Assembly: GCA_964016885.1 (NCBI GenBank)
Contig: OZ024743.1
Span: forward strand, 354,826,001-354,890,000
Length of the DNA: 64,000 nt
Source of the DNA: Eledone cirrhosa
Taxonomy: Eukaryota
Direction of reading: 5' to 3'
The translations under genes and the position numbers were made by a program. Numbering within the stretch: the stretch's first letter is position 1; each line of letters opens with the position of its first letter. This document shows, piece after piece, positions 26,716-37,892 of the stretch. The notes under the pieces are model-generated. The model was given only the letters and a program-made list of their open reading frames with translations. It did no database searches and was not told the origin of the DNA.

Positions 26716-26868
26716 TTCCCTTGCTTTTATCGAGAATCTAATTGTAATACGTGACGTATTCTATTCTATAGCGATTAGGTCTTCAAAATGTTTATTATAA
26801 ACATACAGAATATTTTCGAATATTCTATGTCTATATTCACATATATATCGCTATTTCAGAGCATTTAT

Positions 26869-26916
<48 letters not shown>

Positions 26917-26918
26917 TT

Positions 26919-29005
26919 AAATAACAGATTAAAGTTTAAGCAAAGAATCGCTGCTTTCACCCTTAACGGGATCTTCTGAAACTAACAAAGTCAATCTCTA
27001 AACGCAGAACTGGATATTTAAAAAAACGTTGCAACCGGAGGAAGACAGGAAGACGATACTTTGGTTCGTGGAAATGTTCGCTGGCAAAGAACGGGAAAAA
27101 ACGAATATAATACGTCATTAATAGGAGCGGTGAAAAACAATTACGCGCAAAGACAGAACCACGTTTGTGGTATAAAAGAGGTCGTAGACTAATGTTCTCT
27201 TAGGTGATGCATAGAGACGTTCTCTGGCAATGAACGAAAAAACGAAGATAATAAGTCATATGTGGAGCGTGGAGAACAATAGCACGCAAAGACAAAACCA
27301 CGTAAATGGTAGACTAAAATTCTAACAAGGAGACCAAATGAATCACCACTACAGAGTTAAGAACAAAGTAAATAAATACAATACAGAAGTAATAGAAATA
27401 AATAAATACATACACGCAAACAAATACGTACATACACGAGCATACGCAAAAACTTACCATAGGTATACAAAACCCCGCACATATAAATATGTGTGTGTGT
27501 GTATGTGGGTATACAAATAAATAAATAATTATATAAACATATATAGATAAATAAATACGTATATAAAAAGCGCACACACATACCTTCATATAAACACACG
27601 AATGTTCGGAGACGTAAGTCAACCAAAACATGAAGTACACATATACACACACCCGCCATACGTACGAACCTGCATACTCACACGGAGGCAAAACTCCCGT
27701 ATACACATAGCCAAACCATATGTACCAGAATATATAAAAAATTATACGCCATACCAATCAAATATGCGTACGAGAAGGTATACGTACCTTCATAAAACAT
27801 ACGGGTAATATATACTTACCTATGCAAATAAGTAAAGGTATAAACAAAACATATACTTAGCTCCCACATCAAGACGTAAAATATCCACGTATAGATCGTA
27901 CTATCCGTTAGGGTATAACGTGGGGCTGTAATACAGGAAGGTTTTGTGCAATTTATGTTTACAAGCCGAAATTGCATCAGATTTTTTGTTTAAGATGTGG
28001 TCTGTGGCGTAGAGTATTTCCAGGGCCTCAGCGGCGCAGAGGTCACATGGTCTTTTATTTCCGTTATACGATCTAGCCCTAGCTAGGATCTCCCAGTGTA
28101 ACTTATATTGGGTGTGGTTGTCTTTTAGACTCCAGATATAAGCTGAAAGTGACGTCATATTCCTTCTAAGAGGGTAACGAAAAGAATGGGTATGCATGTA
28201 AAGACGCTGCTTGAAACTATTGGCGGTTAACCCTATGTAGGCCCTACGGGACGTGGGTGTTACAACCTTATATTTGTAGACAATGTTACTAGAGAGGCAT
28301 TTCCCGGATAGGGGGCAATCAGCCCGATTCCTGCAATTACAGTTAGTACTAGCTACAGGGTTGCGCGTGTTCCTACGGCTAGGTAGTTTAGCTAAATTTG
28401 AAGCTGTGATGTTATGTGCAAGGTTAGGAGTCGTAGAGTAAGAAATTTTAATAGTATTTCTATTAAAAATTTTACTATATTTATGTGTAGGGGGAAAATG
28501 CTTCGTAATAAGGGAAAGAAAGATCTTAGCTAATGGTGTGGCCACCTCCATATTATATGGTGGGTTATACCAACAAATGCGACGGGGTCTATTACTTCTA
28601 GGTCTATTATCGTACTCTGTATATGCTACCTAATCGACAAATCCACTTCGAGCAAGAGCTTCATTGTAATAAGTGGAATGGTCATTGAAAATACGTTCGT
28701 TGGTGGAAAGACGGGAAAGCCTCAACGAAACGTTTCTTACCAGGTTCTTGGTTATGCTGGCAGGATGGTTGGAATGCTTACTTATGTAATTAAGCGTATC
28801 ATTCGGCTTTCTATACGGGTAATACAACCCATTCAATAAATTGAGGGTAACGTCGAGGTAATTAACGACCGAGAGATTGGCCTCAACCTGTATAGAGAGG
28901 TTGAAGCCTTTAAAGAAGGCTGTGAGTTCTTTTCTGAACCTGTCGCAAGCACGAGTTCCGCACTTAGTCATGGTCAAAAGACCATCGTCACGGTACAAAC
29001 CACCA
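26919..29005 (-). mobile_element. 5'-truncated Penelope-like element, same family as 18907-20850
   Basis: Starts at the RT motif GLYRDDGL and continues to YLDVTLNL..YRKP..SNHP; stop at 28630; GIY-YIG ORF 27901-28551 is nearly identical to 19205-19855. Confidence 0.92.
27901..28551 (-). CDS. PLE linker + GIY-YIG endonuclease (partial ORF)
   Basis: 216 aa with only a few substitutions relative to 19205-19855. Confidence 0.8.
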   Translation of the reverse strand: MEVATPLAKIFLSLITKHFPPTHKYSKIFNRNTIKISYSTTPNLAHNITASNLAKLPSRRNTRNPVASTNCNCRNRADCPLSGKCLSSNIVYKYKVVTPTSRRAYIGLTANSFKQRLYMHTHSFRYPLRRNMTSLSAYIWSLKDNHTQYKLHWEILARARSYNGNKRPCDLCAAEALEILYATDHILNKKSDAISACKHKLHKTFLYYSPTLYPNG

Positions 29006-31845
29006 GTGTAGCTGACTATCTTGAATTGTGGACAGCCTATGCTAGACCTATCTATTTCCCTACAAAATACTCTATCTAGATATGATCTGGATGACCCTAT
29101 GCGATTTGTCCAAGTCCACATTGTCACATTCGGGAAACCCAATCGGTACCTGTCAGACAGTTCAAAACGCCTGAGCAGGTTGTTGAGGCTCTTGCATGCT
29201 CCTCCCCTATCCGCTAATCCCACACAGTCCCAGCGGGCATCTAAGATCCCGTTCCAGTCGCCCACTAACACTAAAGTACGGGACGTTCCAAGAAAGGTCT
29301 CCAGACGCCGGAAGAAATCAGGCCGCCCTTCTCCTGTCGGGGCATAGACAGCCACTAGCCTGAAAGCTTGCCCGTCTCCGTTGGTCACGTCCAGCACCAC
29401 CAACTTACCTTCTCGGTCCAGGGGATGTCCCGTATGGCGAGTTCCAGACCTCTCCGAAAAAGCACAGCAACTCCTCCCCCCGACATTGACGGCTGGGAGA
29501 TGCGTACACATCGTAGCCACCAAAGATCGGTGCGAAGGCCCGTGCTTCGGAGATTCTGCTCTCGCTGATGGCCACTACATCTACGTTTAGTGACCTGAGG
29601 CTGTTGAGCAGGTGGCCTTGCTTCCATGACGACCCCAAGCCACGCGCATTTATGCTGCCTATTCTGAGTGAGGTCATGTTGAAATGGAGTGGAAAAGATG
29701 GGAAAGACCACTTACCTTACCACTCGTAGAGGAGGTATGGTTTCTCCATCCTTTTCACCGTTTGTGGCCTCCTCCGAAAGGATGTCCTTATAAATCCTCC
29801 TGGAGAGTGCTTGTAGGAAGTCTCCGATGTCTTTGGGAATTTTTGTTTTAATGTCGTGTACGTTTTCTGTGTGATGCGAGTGATTTGTATGTGTGGAGGT
29901 GTTGTGAACTTTTGGGTTGTTGTGTAGTCTTTTTCTGTGATGCTGGTGTTGTGTTGCATGTAGTGTAATAATTGGTTGTTGTTCAAATTTAATGCTGTGT
30001 AGTGTGTGTCGTTTTCGTTGTTTTGTTTTGTTTGCGTTTGTTGTCGGTTTGTTTCTGTTTCGCTTTTTGGTGACTTTTGTGGTGTTGGTGATGGTGGTGT
30101 TGGGGTTAATGATGGTGATGGTGTTGGTGTTTGTGGTGATGGGGTTGGTGATGCTGGTGTGGATGGTGGAATATCTGTCCTAACTTTTTTGTTTGATAGT
30201 TTACTTGTTTCCCACTGTATTTTGTTTTTGGAGGGGGAGGGAAGAGAATTTTTCTTCTTTTTTGGGTTCATTTTCTTTTTTACTTTTTTCTGATATCGTT
30301 TCCCACTCCTCGTCGTCACAATCGGTCTCCAGTTGCGATAGGTCGGGGAGTGGAAAATCCTCCACAGGCGTTGGTTTTAGTTATGGCGTGGTGGTGGGTG
30401 TAGGCGGTGGGGCTAGTTCTGGCGCGTTGGGTGGCGGTGGTGGTGTTGGTTTTTCTACCGTTGCTGGGGTTGTTGCTGTTACAGTTGCTTCTGTTGTTGC
30501 TGCTACAGTTGTTGCTGCCATTTCTGCTGCTGGTGGTGTTGATGGTTGTGTCACTGGGGTGGGTAAGAGAGTTGGCCTCAACCTTTTAGCCTAAGGGCAG
30601 AAAACCCTTAGGTGGTTTCCCTCACCACAAACGACACACCTAGGCCTTCTGCCCTCGACGATTACGGTGAGGTGGCTGCCGTCAGTGAGGTCTTTTACCT
30701 GTGGGATCTCCTCAATGCTTTTTTGGTCCGCTTGGATCAGGAGCTCCATCCCAGATCCGGACCAGTTCACCTGCTTTTCTTTCGCTATTTCGATTATCTT
30801 GGTGTTGGCCTCGATGCCGGCGAGGACGCAGCTATTAGCCAGGGAATTTCGATGGCCGGTGGAACGTGGGTCACCCTGATCTTCACAAGTCTCTGGCCAC
30901 AATAACTTGGGACGAGTGTGAAGTCGTCACTTCTTAATGGGGCCATGGAGTGATCTCTGGCCTCCTGTGGTGTTCCAAAGAACACGTCCACGGTTCCATA
31001 TTTCTGCCCACGTCTGATGTGGGTTTTTTTTGCCCACACATGTCCCAAAGCTTTTTGGATTTGGGACTCGGATGCTCGTTCCCTCGGCGCGATTTTATGT
31101 TAATCGTCCGATAAGAGACGGTGCATAGGCGCCGATGCTCCATTTTATTAGGGGGGAGCGTGACACGACCCTGTACCCATCTTTCTTTACCATTTTCTTG
31201 GCTTCATCTAATTCCTCCTGAGTTACCTGGATTGCTTCGCACTTTTTTGCTACTCTCGCAAAAGACAGGGTGGTTTTCTTATTCTCATTGTTGTTGTTGC
31301 TGTTGTTGTTATCGTTATTTTTGTTATTGTTATTTTTAGTTTCAGTTGTGGTGGTGGTGTCAGTTGTGTTCGGTGTGGAAGAGTCCATTCTGGGTGAATC
31401 CATTTCGATATCCCTAGATAATTTTTTTTTTTTATTTTATTTCTGTTGCCGCTGTGGTGGTGGTGGGGGTGGCGGCTTCAACACCTGCAGTCATTGGTAA
31501 TGGCGGGAAATGAATGTCTGCATAAGACAAATTTAAATTATTGCTACTGCTTATATTTTTAGTGTTGGAAAACAATAGTGGTGTCGTTGTGAGGTGTTAT
31601 TTTGTGAAGAAGCTGTGACTGTCAGTCGTCCAAGATGTTTTCAAAGAATTTTTTTTTGATAATTATAAAGGTTTAAATTTTGGGTTCAAGGCCCCAATCG
31701 TTTTGAGTGTCCTTTTCAGAAAATAATGTATGTGCACTTATATACAGTTAACAATAAAAATTTTCCATAAATGGCACTTTTAAACAACTGAAAACAACAA
31801 ATCTTTGCGGAGCTCACGATAATACGATTTACTACGTAGGTCGTC
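29006..31845 (-). mobile_element. Tx1-like LINE, subfamily 2; 5'UTR + frameshifted ORF1 + APE, 3'-truncated
   Basis: The 5' end abuts (AAT)15. ORF1 remnants include KYGTVDVFFGT and the CVVCGEGNHLRVFC knuckle. ORF2 start MTSLRIGSINARGL at 29677; the element ends at KIVSYT. Confidence 0.9.

Positions 31846-31890
<45 letters not shown>
31846..31890. repeat. (AAT)15 spacer/target tract
   Basis: Lies between the Tx1 subfamily 2 5' end and the copy A 3' end. Confidence 0.97.
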
Positions 31891-31892
<2 letters not shown>

Positions 31893-32140
31893 TTTCTTTA
31901 TTAACCACAAGGGTTTACATAAAGTAGACATTAAGGACAGTGCAGGACAATGCAGGACGGTACAAATGGGCATTTCTGCGTGTAAAAAACAAAAACAGAG
32001 GATGTAACAAAAAATAACAATGAAAAATTCCCCAATAGGGGGGAGACTTCGGAGGGACATTTGTGGAGAAAGCCCAGTAAAAAGCCACAATGACCCTGAC
32101 CACCAAGGCAAGTGCCCTCTCCCAGTTTTCCACCTTTAAT

Positions 32141-35100
32141 TTACAGATATATACTCAGAGTAGGCCCATTCACTCGGGCCATTCTTGCTTCTCTCACCCA
32201 TCTTTCAACAAAATGCTGGGAAGAGAGCACTTCCCTCTCTACTCTGATTTTCCTTTTCAAATGAAATTTGAAAAAGTCAATCAGAGCATCACCGAAGAGG
32301 TAAGTGCTCGTCTTCAGCCCTTTCAAACGTGTCCACCATACTATCTCTTTCGCCATGGCCACCAGACAGATAAAAACTGCCTGCCCTTCCCGGCTAAAGG
32401 AGGAGGGCGGGGCAATCCTCACGATGGACTCAGATGATAGCTGGATCCGTCCTAAACGCGACAGCAGGTGTTCGACATAAACCCACAAGTCAGCAGCAAT
32501 TTTCGGACACTGGACGAGTGCGTGCAGGACGGTTTCGTCGCCCTGCGCGCATCTCGGACATGCCCGGCTGACGGCACCTCCATGCCTGTAGAGTTTATCC
32601 CGAACTGGCAAGGCTCCTCGGTAGCACTGCCAGGCCAGAGATTTCTGGAAGTTGTCCATAGGCCCCGGCCCGAAAGTTCTTCCGAAGAGATTGGCTAGTT
32701 GATTTTCGTCGACGCCTAGAGTTTCCCCAAGTACGTCGTCGCTCTTACCCTCCACTAATCCTCTATAGAACGCCAAGGTGGAGTTTCCACCGATCACATT
32801 GCCCGATTGGTCGAGGGCTGTGAGCGCCTGAAGACATTCCAGTCTCCAGGCGCTCCCTCTCGGTCTTCGCTTGACCCAGGACTGCAGCTCCGTCAAGGAA
32901 ACGAGCTGGGGAAATACGCGCCTAGCAAACGGCGACCACACCTGATCACCGTCGAGGAAGGGGTAGAGATGTCGTAGCCTAACCGCGTGCCTGCGCATCA
33001 TCAGCCACGGCATGCCCAGCCCTCCACGTAGCGGGTGTTGACAACAGATGGACCGCCTGACCATCGGAGCACGTCCCTTCCACAAAAAGCGAAAGAGCAA
33101 ACGCTCCAGCGCAGTCAGGCGAGGCTTAGGACAAGGTACGACGGTCAGGCGGTAGCAGATGACGGACGCGATGTACGCGTTAGCCACCTCCGCTCGACCT
33201 TTCAGGGATAGCTTCCTCTCCGCCCATTTCTGGGTGAGAGAAGCCACCCTGCTCGTCACCTCGTCCCAGTTTTTGTCCGTCTGGAGGTCCGGACCGAACC
33301 AGACCCCTAGCAATTTAACCGGTCCGTCCGTCCAGCGTCCGACGACGCTGTTGGACGGCATGGACCTGCCTCTCCAGGTGCCGAGCTGCAGGCCCACTGA
33401 CTTTTCCTGGTTGATCATTGCTCCTGTCACCGCTTCGTATTCTCTTAGTGTAGTGCCGATCGCCTCGATGTGTTTGGCGTTCGACACCACTACGGTGACA
33501 TCGTCCGCATATGCTGACACGGATCTTCCGCATCCTAGTTCGCGCGGGACTCCCCTCAACGTCTCCAGTTTGTGCAGTAATGGCTCGAGAGTCAATACGT
33601 ACAAGAGGGACGAGAGGGGACATCCTTGGCGGACCGTGCGCATGATGTTGAACGGTTCCGACAGGTGACCGTTCACTCTCACCACAGAGCAGATGTCGCT
33701 GTGCATGGCAGCGATCCAGCCTCTGAAGACGGGCCCAAAGCCAGCCGCCCCCAGGGCTGCCGCTAGGTAACGATGGTCGACCCTATCGAAAGCTTTCGAC
33801 TGATCTAAATTGATCAAGGACCCACCCGTGCCAGGTTCCCTAGCTACCCTCTCTACGATGTATCGCATGAGGTGGAGGTTGTCGTGGATGGATCTGTCGG
33901 GAATGGCGCATGTCTGCGCCTCTCCCACCAGACCACCAACGACAAGCGCCAACCTCTTTGCTAACACCTTGGCCAAAATCTTAAACTCTGTGTTTAGCAG
34001 AGTTATGGGCCGGAAATTTTCTATGTTATCCCCCTTGTTCGGATCCTTTCTCAGCAGTGCCACCGCTCCTCGGCTCACAGAACTGGGAATTCTCCCGTTC
34101 TGTTGCCAGTTGCAGTAGACGTCCGCCAAGAGGCCTCCGAACAAGTCTGGCATCTGTACGTAAAGTTCATAGGGCAGACCATCCAAACCAGGCGATTTAC
34201 CCCTTGTGCAGCCAGTCATTGCCTCCCTTACTTCAGCGGCTGTTATCGGCTTTTCGCAACACTTCGCCTCAGTGGCCGAGAGCCGCGGCAGTCCGTCGAG
34301 GTAGACACTAAAGTCCATCCCTCTACCCGGCCCACCGCTGCCCCCGAACAGCTGAGCGGAGTGTCGCTGAAAAGCTTCACACATTTGCCCACTTGTTGTT
34401 GACGATGGCCCCCGTCAACGCCCGCTTAACTAGTTCGCTAATCCGGTCTCTGTAGGCCTTGCGCGCTGGTAAGGACGCGTTTAGCTTCCAGTAGCCGGGT
34501 CCTCGTCTATGAAGCCTATCTAAGTCAAGCACACAGATCACGAATTTGTGGTCCGTGTAGCTGACTATCTTGAATTGTGGACAGCCTATGCTAGACCTAT
34601 CTATTTCCCTACAAAATACTCTATCTAGATATGATCTGGATGACCCTATGCGGTTTGTCCAAGTCCACATTGGCACATTCGGGAAATCCAATTGGTAACT
34701 GTCAGACAGTTCAAAACGCCTGAGCAGGTTGGTGAGGCTCTTGCACCCTCCACCCCTATCCGCTAATCCCACACAGTCCCAGCGTGCATCTAAGATCCCG
34801 TTCCAGTCGCCCACTAACACTAAAGAGCGGGACGTTCCAAGAAAGGTCTCCAGACGCCGGAAGAAATCAGGCCGCCCTGCTCCTGTCGGGGCATAGACGG
34901 CCACTAGCCTGAAAGCTTGCCCGTCTCCGCTGGTCACGTCCAGCACCACCAGCTTACCCTCTGGGTCCAGGAAGATGGCCCGTATGGCGAGATCCAAACC
35001 TCTCCGAAAAAGCACAGCAACTCCTCCAACGGATCCAGGACGGCTGGGAGATGCGTACACATCGTAGCCGCCGAAGATCGGTGCGAAGGCCCGTTCTTCG

Positions 35101-35228
35101 GAGATTCTGGTCTCGCTGATGGCCACTACATCTATGTTTAGTGACCTGAGGTCGTTGAGCAGGTGACCCTGCTTCCATGACGACCCCAAGCCACGCACAT
35201 TTATGCTGCCTATTCTGAGTGAGGTCAT
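32141..35228 (-). pseudogene. Copy A ORF2 (APE-RT), frameshifted by deletion
   Basis: 283-aa APE ORF (34377-35228) plus 747-aa RT ORF (32141-34384). Confidence 0.92.
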
Positions 35229-35263
35229 GTTTAAAATAGAGTGGAAAAGATGGGAAAGACCAC

Positions 35264-37417
35264 TTATCGTACTTTTGGTAGAGGAGGGATGGTTTTTACA
35301 TCCCTTTTCACTTGATCGTCTGGTGAAGGGACCGTTGAATCGTCCCTTCGGCTGGTCGTCGGCTCTTCTAAGAGAATGTCTGAATATACTCTTCGATTGA
35401 TGGTTCCTCCTAGGTCCCTGAAATCACCAACTGCGTTGGGGAATTTCGTTTTAATATTTGTGTATTGTTTCTGTGCTATTTTTAGCAGTCTTATGTTAGT
35501 TGGCGTTTTGATTGGTGCTGGTATTATGTAGTCCTGTTGTGAAATGTCTGTGTGTTCAATTATGTAAGTCATTAGTTTCTTGTTGTGTGTATTTATTGCC
35601 GTGCATTTGTTTTTCTGGGGGTGGGGTGTGGTTCTGCTATTTTCTTGTCGTTGTTGCTGGGTGTGTGTGTTTTGTTGCTGGGTGTGTGTGTTTTGTTGTT
35701 GTGTTTGCGATGTTGGTGCTTGTGGTGGTGGTGTTGAAGGTGTTGTTGGCGGTGGGGTTGTCGCCGGTGGTGATGGTGGTGCTAGTGTGGGTGGTGATGG
35801 TGTTGGTGTTGTTGCTGCTGTGGGTCTCTTTGCAGTAGACTTTACCCTTTTCTCATTTCTTTCCTCCCTTTTCAAAGGCGACGATGCGCTGCTTCTGCGT
35901 TTGTGCCTTCTTACGACCTTTTGCCATCCCTCTCCTACCTCACACTCCATGTCTGATTCTGTGAGGTCGGGGAGGGGTACCAGCTCCACTCTATCACTTG
36001 TTGTTGTTGGTGATGTTTGCACTGGAGTCTCTGTTGCAGCTGCATTTGGTATTGCTGTTGTTGTTGATAATATTTCCACTGCTGCTGCTGTTTTTGATTT
36101 CCGTGGAGTGGGTATGGGTGCCACGGGCCTATCGTTCCTGGTTGCCGCTTGTCCTGTTGCTGGTAGCCGTGGAGCCGGATTCGGAAGGAGGGGGGTTTTC
36201 TCCTTTCTCAGGGTCTTCTCGTTGCAGAAGGCCCCGAGGTGAGTCTTCGATCCACAGCGAAAGCATTTCGGGCGTTTGCCCTCAACACTTATGGGCAGTT
36301 GAGTGCCGTTATCGAAGTCTATCACATCAGGGATAGCTTCGATGCACTCCTGGTTGGTTTGGATTAGCATCTCAATGGAGGAGCCGACCCAATCTTCTCT
36401 TACTTTTTTCTGTACTTGCAGTACAGTTGTTTTGTCCTCGATTCCGACGAGGACAGACGCGGCCAGCCAAGAAGGGGTCATTCCGGGGGGGACGTGGGTC
36501 AGTTTGACCCTCACAATTTTCTGCCCGCAGTAGGAGGGCACCAACACCATTTCCTCGCTCCTTAGGGTCACTACTGATTGGGCCTTTGCCTCCTGGGGTG
36601 TGGCAAAAAGTACGTCTACGGTGGCATATTTTTTGCCTCGGGTGATGTGCGTTTTCCGCTGCCACACAGACCCCAAGGCTTTTTGTATTTGGGCCTCTGT
36701 GGCTCTTTCCACCCTACGGGATTTTGTACTTACTGTACGGTACGTGACCGTACAGTGCTCTTGGGTTTCGAAAAATTTTTCCGCTGCCTTGCAGATTGCT
36801 CGGTGTCCGTTCTTTGTCACCATCTTCTTCGCTTCCTCTAATTCCTCATTTGTTATGAGGATTGGTTCCAAGTTTTTCTCAATACCTGCAAATGAGATTG
36901 GTTTTTCTCTGCTGTTGTTGTTGTCGTCAGAGCTGCTGGTACTTTTGTTGTTGCTGCAGGTACTACGACTACTGCCTCCGCCGCTGTTGCTGTGGTTGTT
37001 GTTGGTGTTGCTGCTGCTAATGCTGTTGTTGTTTATGCTGCTGGTGATGCTGTTGCGGCTGCTACTGTTGTTTTCATTGTCACTGTTGCTGTTGTTATTA
37101 CGGCTGCTACTGCTATTATTCCTGACGTCAGACGAATGAACTGGGTTTTCGTATTTCCCGCACACCTGTTTCGTCGCTGTCGTCGTCGTCGTGGAGAAAC
37201 CTTGCACGCTTTGCACGAGACTTTTCTTTTCTTTCGTCACTTGCGAAAGAGAAGGGAGGGAGAGAGACACATTTAAAGAAGGGAGGGAGAGAGACAATCT
37301 TCTCTCTGCTGTAGTGATGATTGAGGTAGAAGAAGACGGAATGAGTGGGAGTGACGTATGAAATTTCTTTTTCGGAGCCATGTTGTTTTTTTGTTTAAAA
37401 TGAAATTTTGGGTACAA
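35264..37417 (-). CDS. Copy A ORF1, nucleic-acid-binding protein with CCHC knuckle (first ATG ~37381)
   Basis: S/N-rich N-terminus, RRM-like core, CFRCGSKTHLGAFC knuckle, P/T-rich tail. Confidence 0.88.
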   Translation of the reverse strand: MYPKFHFKQKNNMAPKKKFHTSLPLIPSSSTSIITTAERRLSLSLPSLNVSLSLPSLSQVTKEKKSLVQSVQGFSTTTTTATKQVCGKYENPVHSSDVRNNSSSSRNNNSNSDNENNSSSRNSITSSINNNSISSSNTNNNHSNSGGGSSRSTCSNNKSTSSSDDNNNSREKPISFAGIEKNLEPILITNEELEEAKKMVTKNGHRAICKAAEKFFETQEHCTVTYRTVSTKSRRVERATEAQIQKALGSVWQRKTHITRGKKYATVDVLFATPQEAKAQSVVTLRSEEMVLVPSYCGQKIVRVKLTHVPPGMTPSWLAASVLVGIEDKTTVLQVQKKVREDWVGSSIEMLIQTNQECIEAIPDVIDFDNGTQLPISVEGKRPKCFRCGSKTHLGAFCNEKTLRKEKTPLLPNPAPRLPATGQAATRNDRPVAPIPTPRKSKTAAAVEILSTTTAIPNAAATETPVQTSPTTTSDRVELVPLPDLTESDMECEVGEGWQKVVRRHKRRSSASSPLKREERNEKRVKSTAKRPTAATTPTPSPPTLAPPSPPATTPPPTTPSTPPPQAPTSQTQQQNTHTQQQNTHTQQQRQENSRTTPHPQKNKCTAINTHNKKLMTYIIEHTDISQQDYIIPAPIKTPTNIRLLKIAQKQYTNIKTKFPNAVGDFRDLGGTINRRVYSDILLEEPTTSRRDDSTVPSPDDQVKRDVKTIPPLPKVR

Positions 37418-37597
37418 AACCCCAATAACTGGTTATTTAACCCCGAAGGGCCACATAACGGACAGAAAGACCCCTCTCACGAGGAGGAGGGTGTCTTTAT
37501 CAACAATTTGGTTCAAGTTTTAAACAATTTACAATTGTTTTAACGGTTAAAAATTACTATACCTTACAGAGCCGAGCCTCCGTCAACCATGGCATTC

Positions 37598-37630
<33 letters not shown>
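37598..37630. repeat. (AAT)11 spacer/target tract
   Basis: Lies between copies A and B. Confidence 0.97.
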
Positions 37631-37632
<2 letters not shown>

Positions 37633-37892
37633 TTTCTTTATTAACCACAAGGGTTTACATAAAGTAGACATTAAGGACAGTGCAGGACAATGCAGGACGG
37701 TACAAATGGGCATTTCTGCGTGTAAAAAAACAAAAACAGAGGATGTAACAAAAATAACAATGAAAATAACAATGAAAAATTCCCCAATAGGGGGGAGACT
37801 TCGGAGGGACATTTGTGGAGAAAGCCCAGTAAAAGGCCACAATGATCCTGACCACCAAGGCAAGTGCCCTCTCCCAGTTTTCCACCTTTAGT

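Larger units (their letters stand above)
25692..26872. repeat. 310-bp HHR-containing unit: ~2.1 tandem copies followed by ~1.7 inverted copies
   Basis: The period is exactly 310 bp (25700/26010/26320). The orientation flips at 26340/26341, and the inverted copies repeat at 26341/26651. Confidence 0.95.
31891..37597 (-). mobile_element. Tx1-like LINE subfamily 1, copy A (both ends intact, 335-bp deletion in ORF2)
   Basis: Colinear with copy B except that B 40140-40474 is missing at 34390/34391, which splits ORF2. Confidence 0.95.

Noticed and set aside
25692-26872. CRISPR-like or satellite array
   Set aside because: No unique spacers, no cas genes and only about four units; better explained as an HHR repeat.
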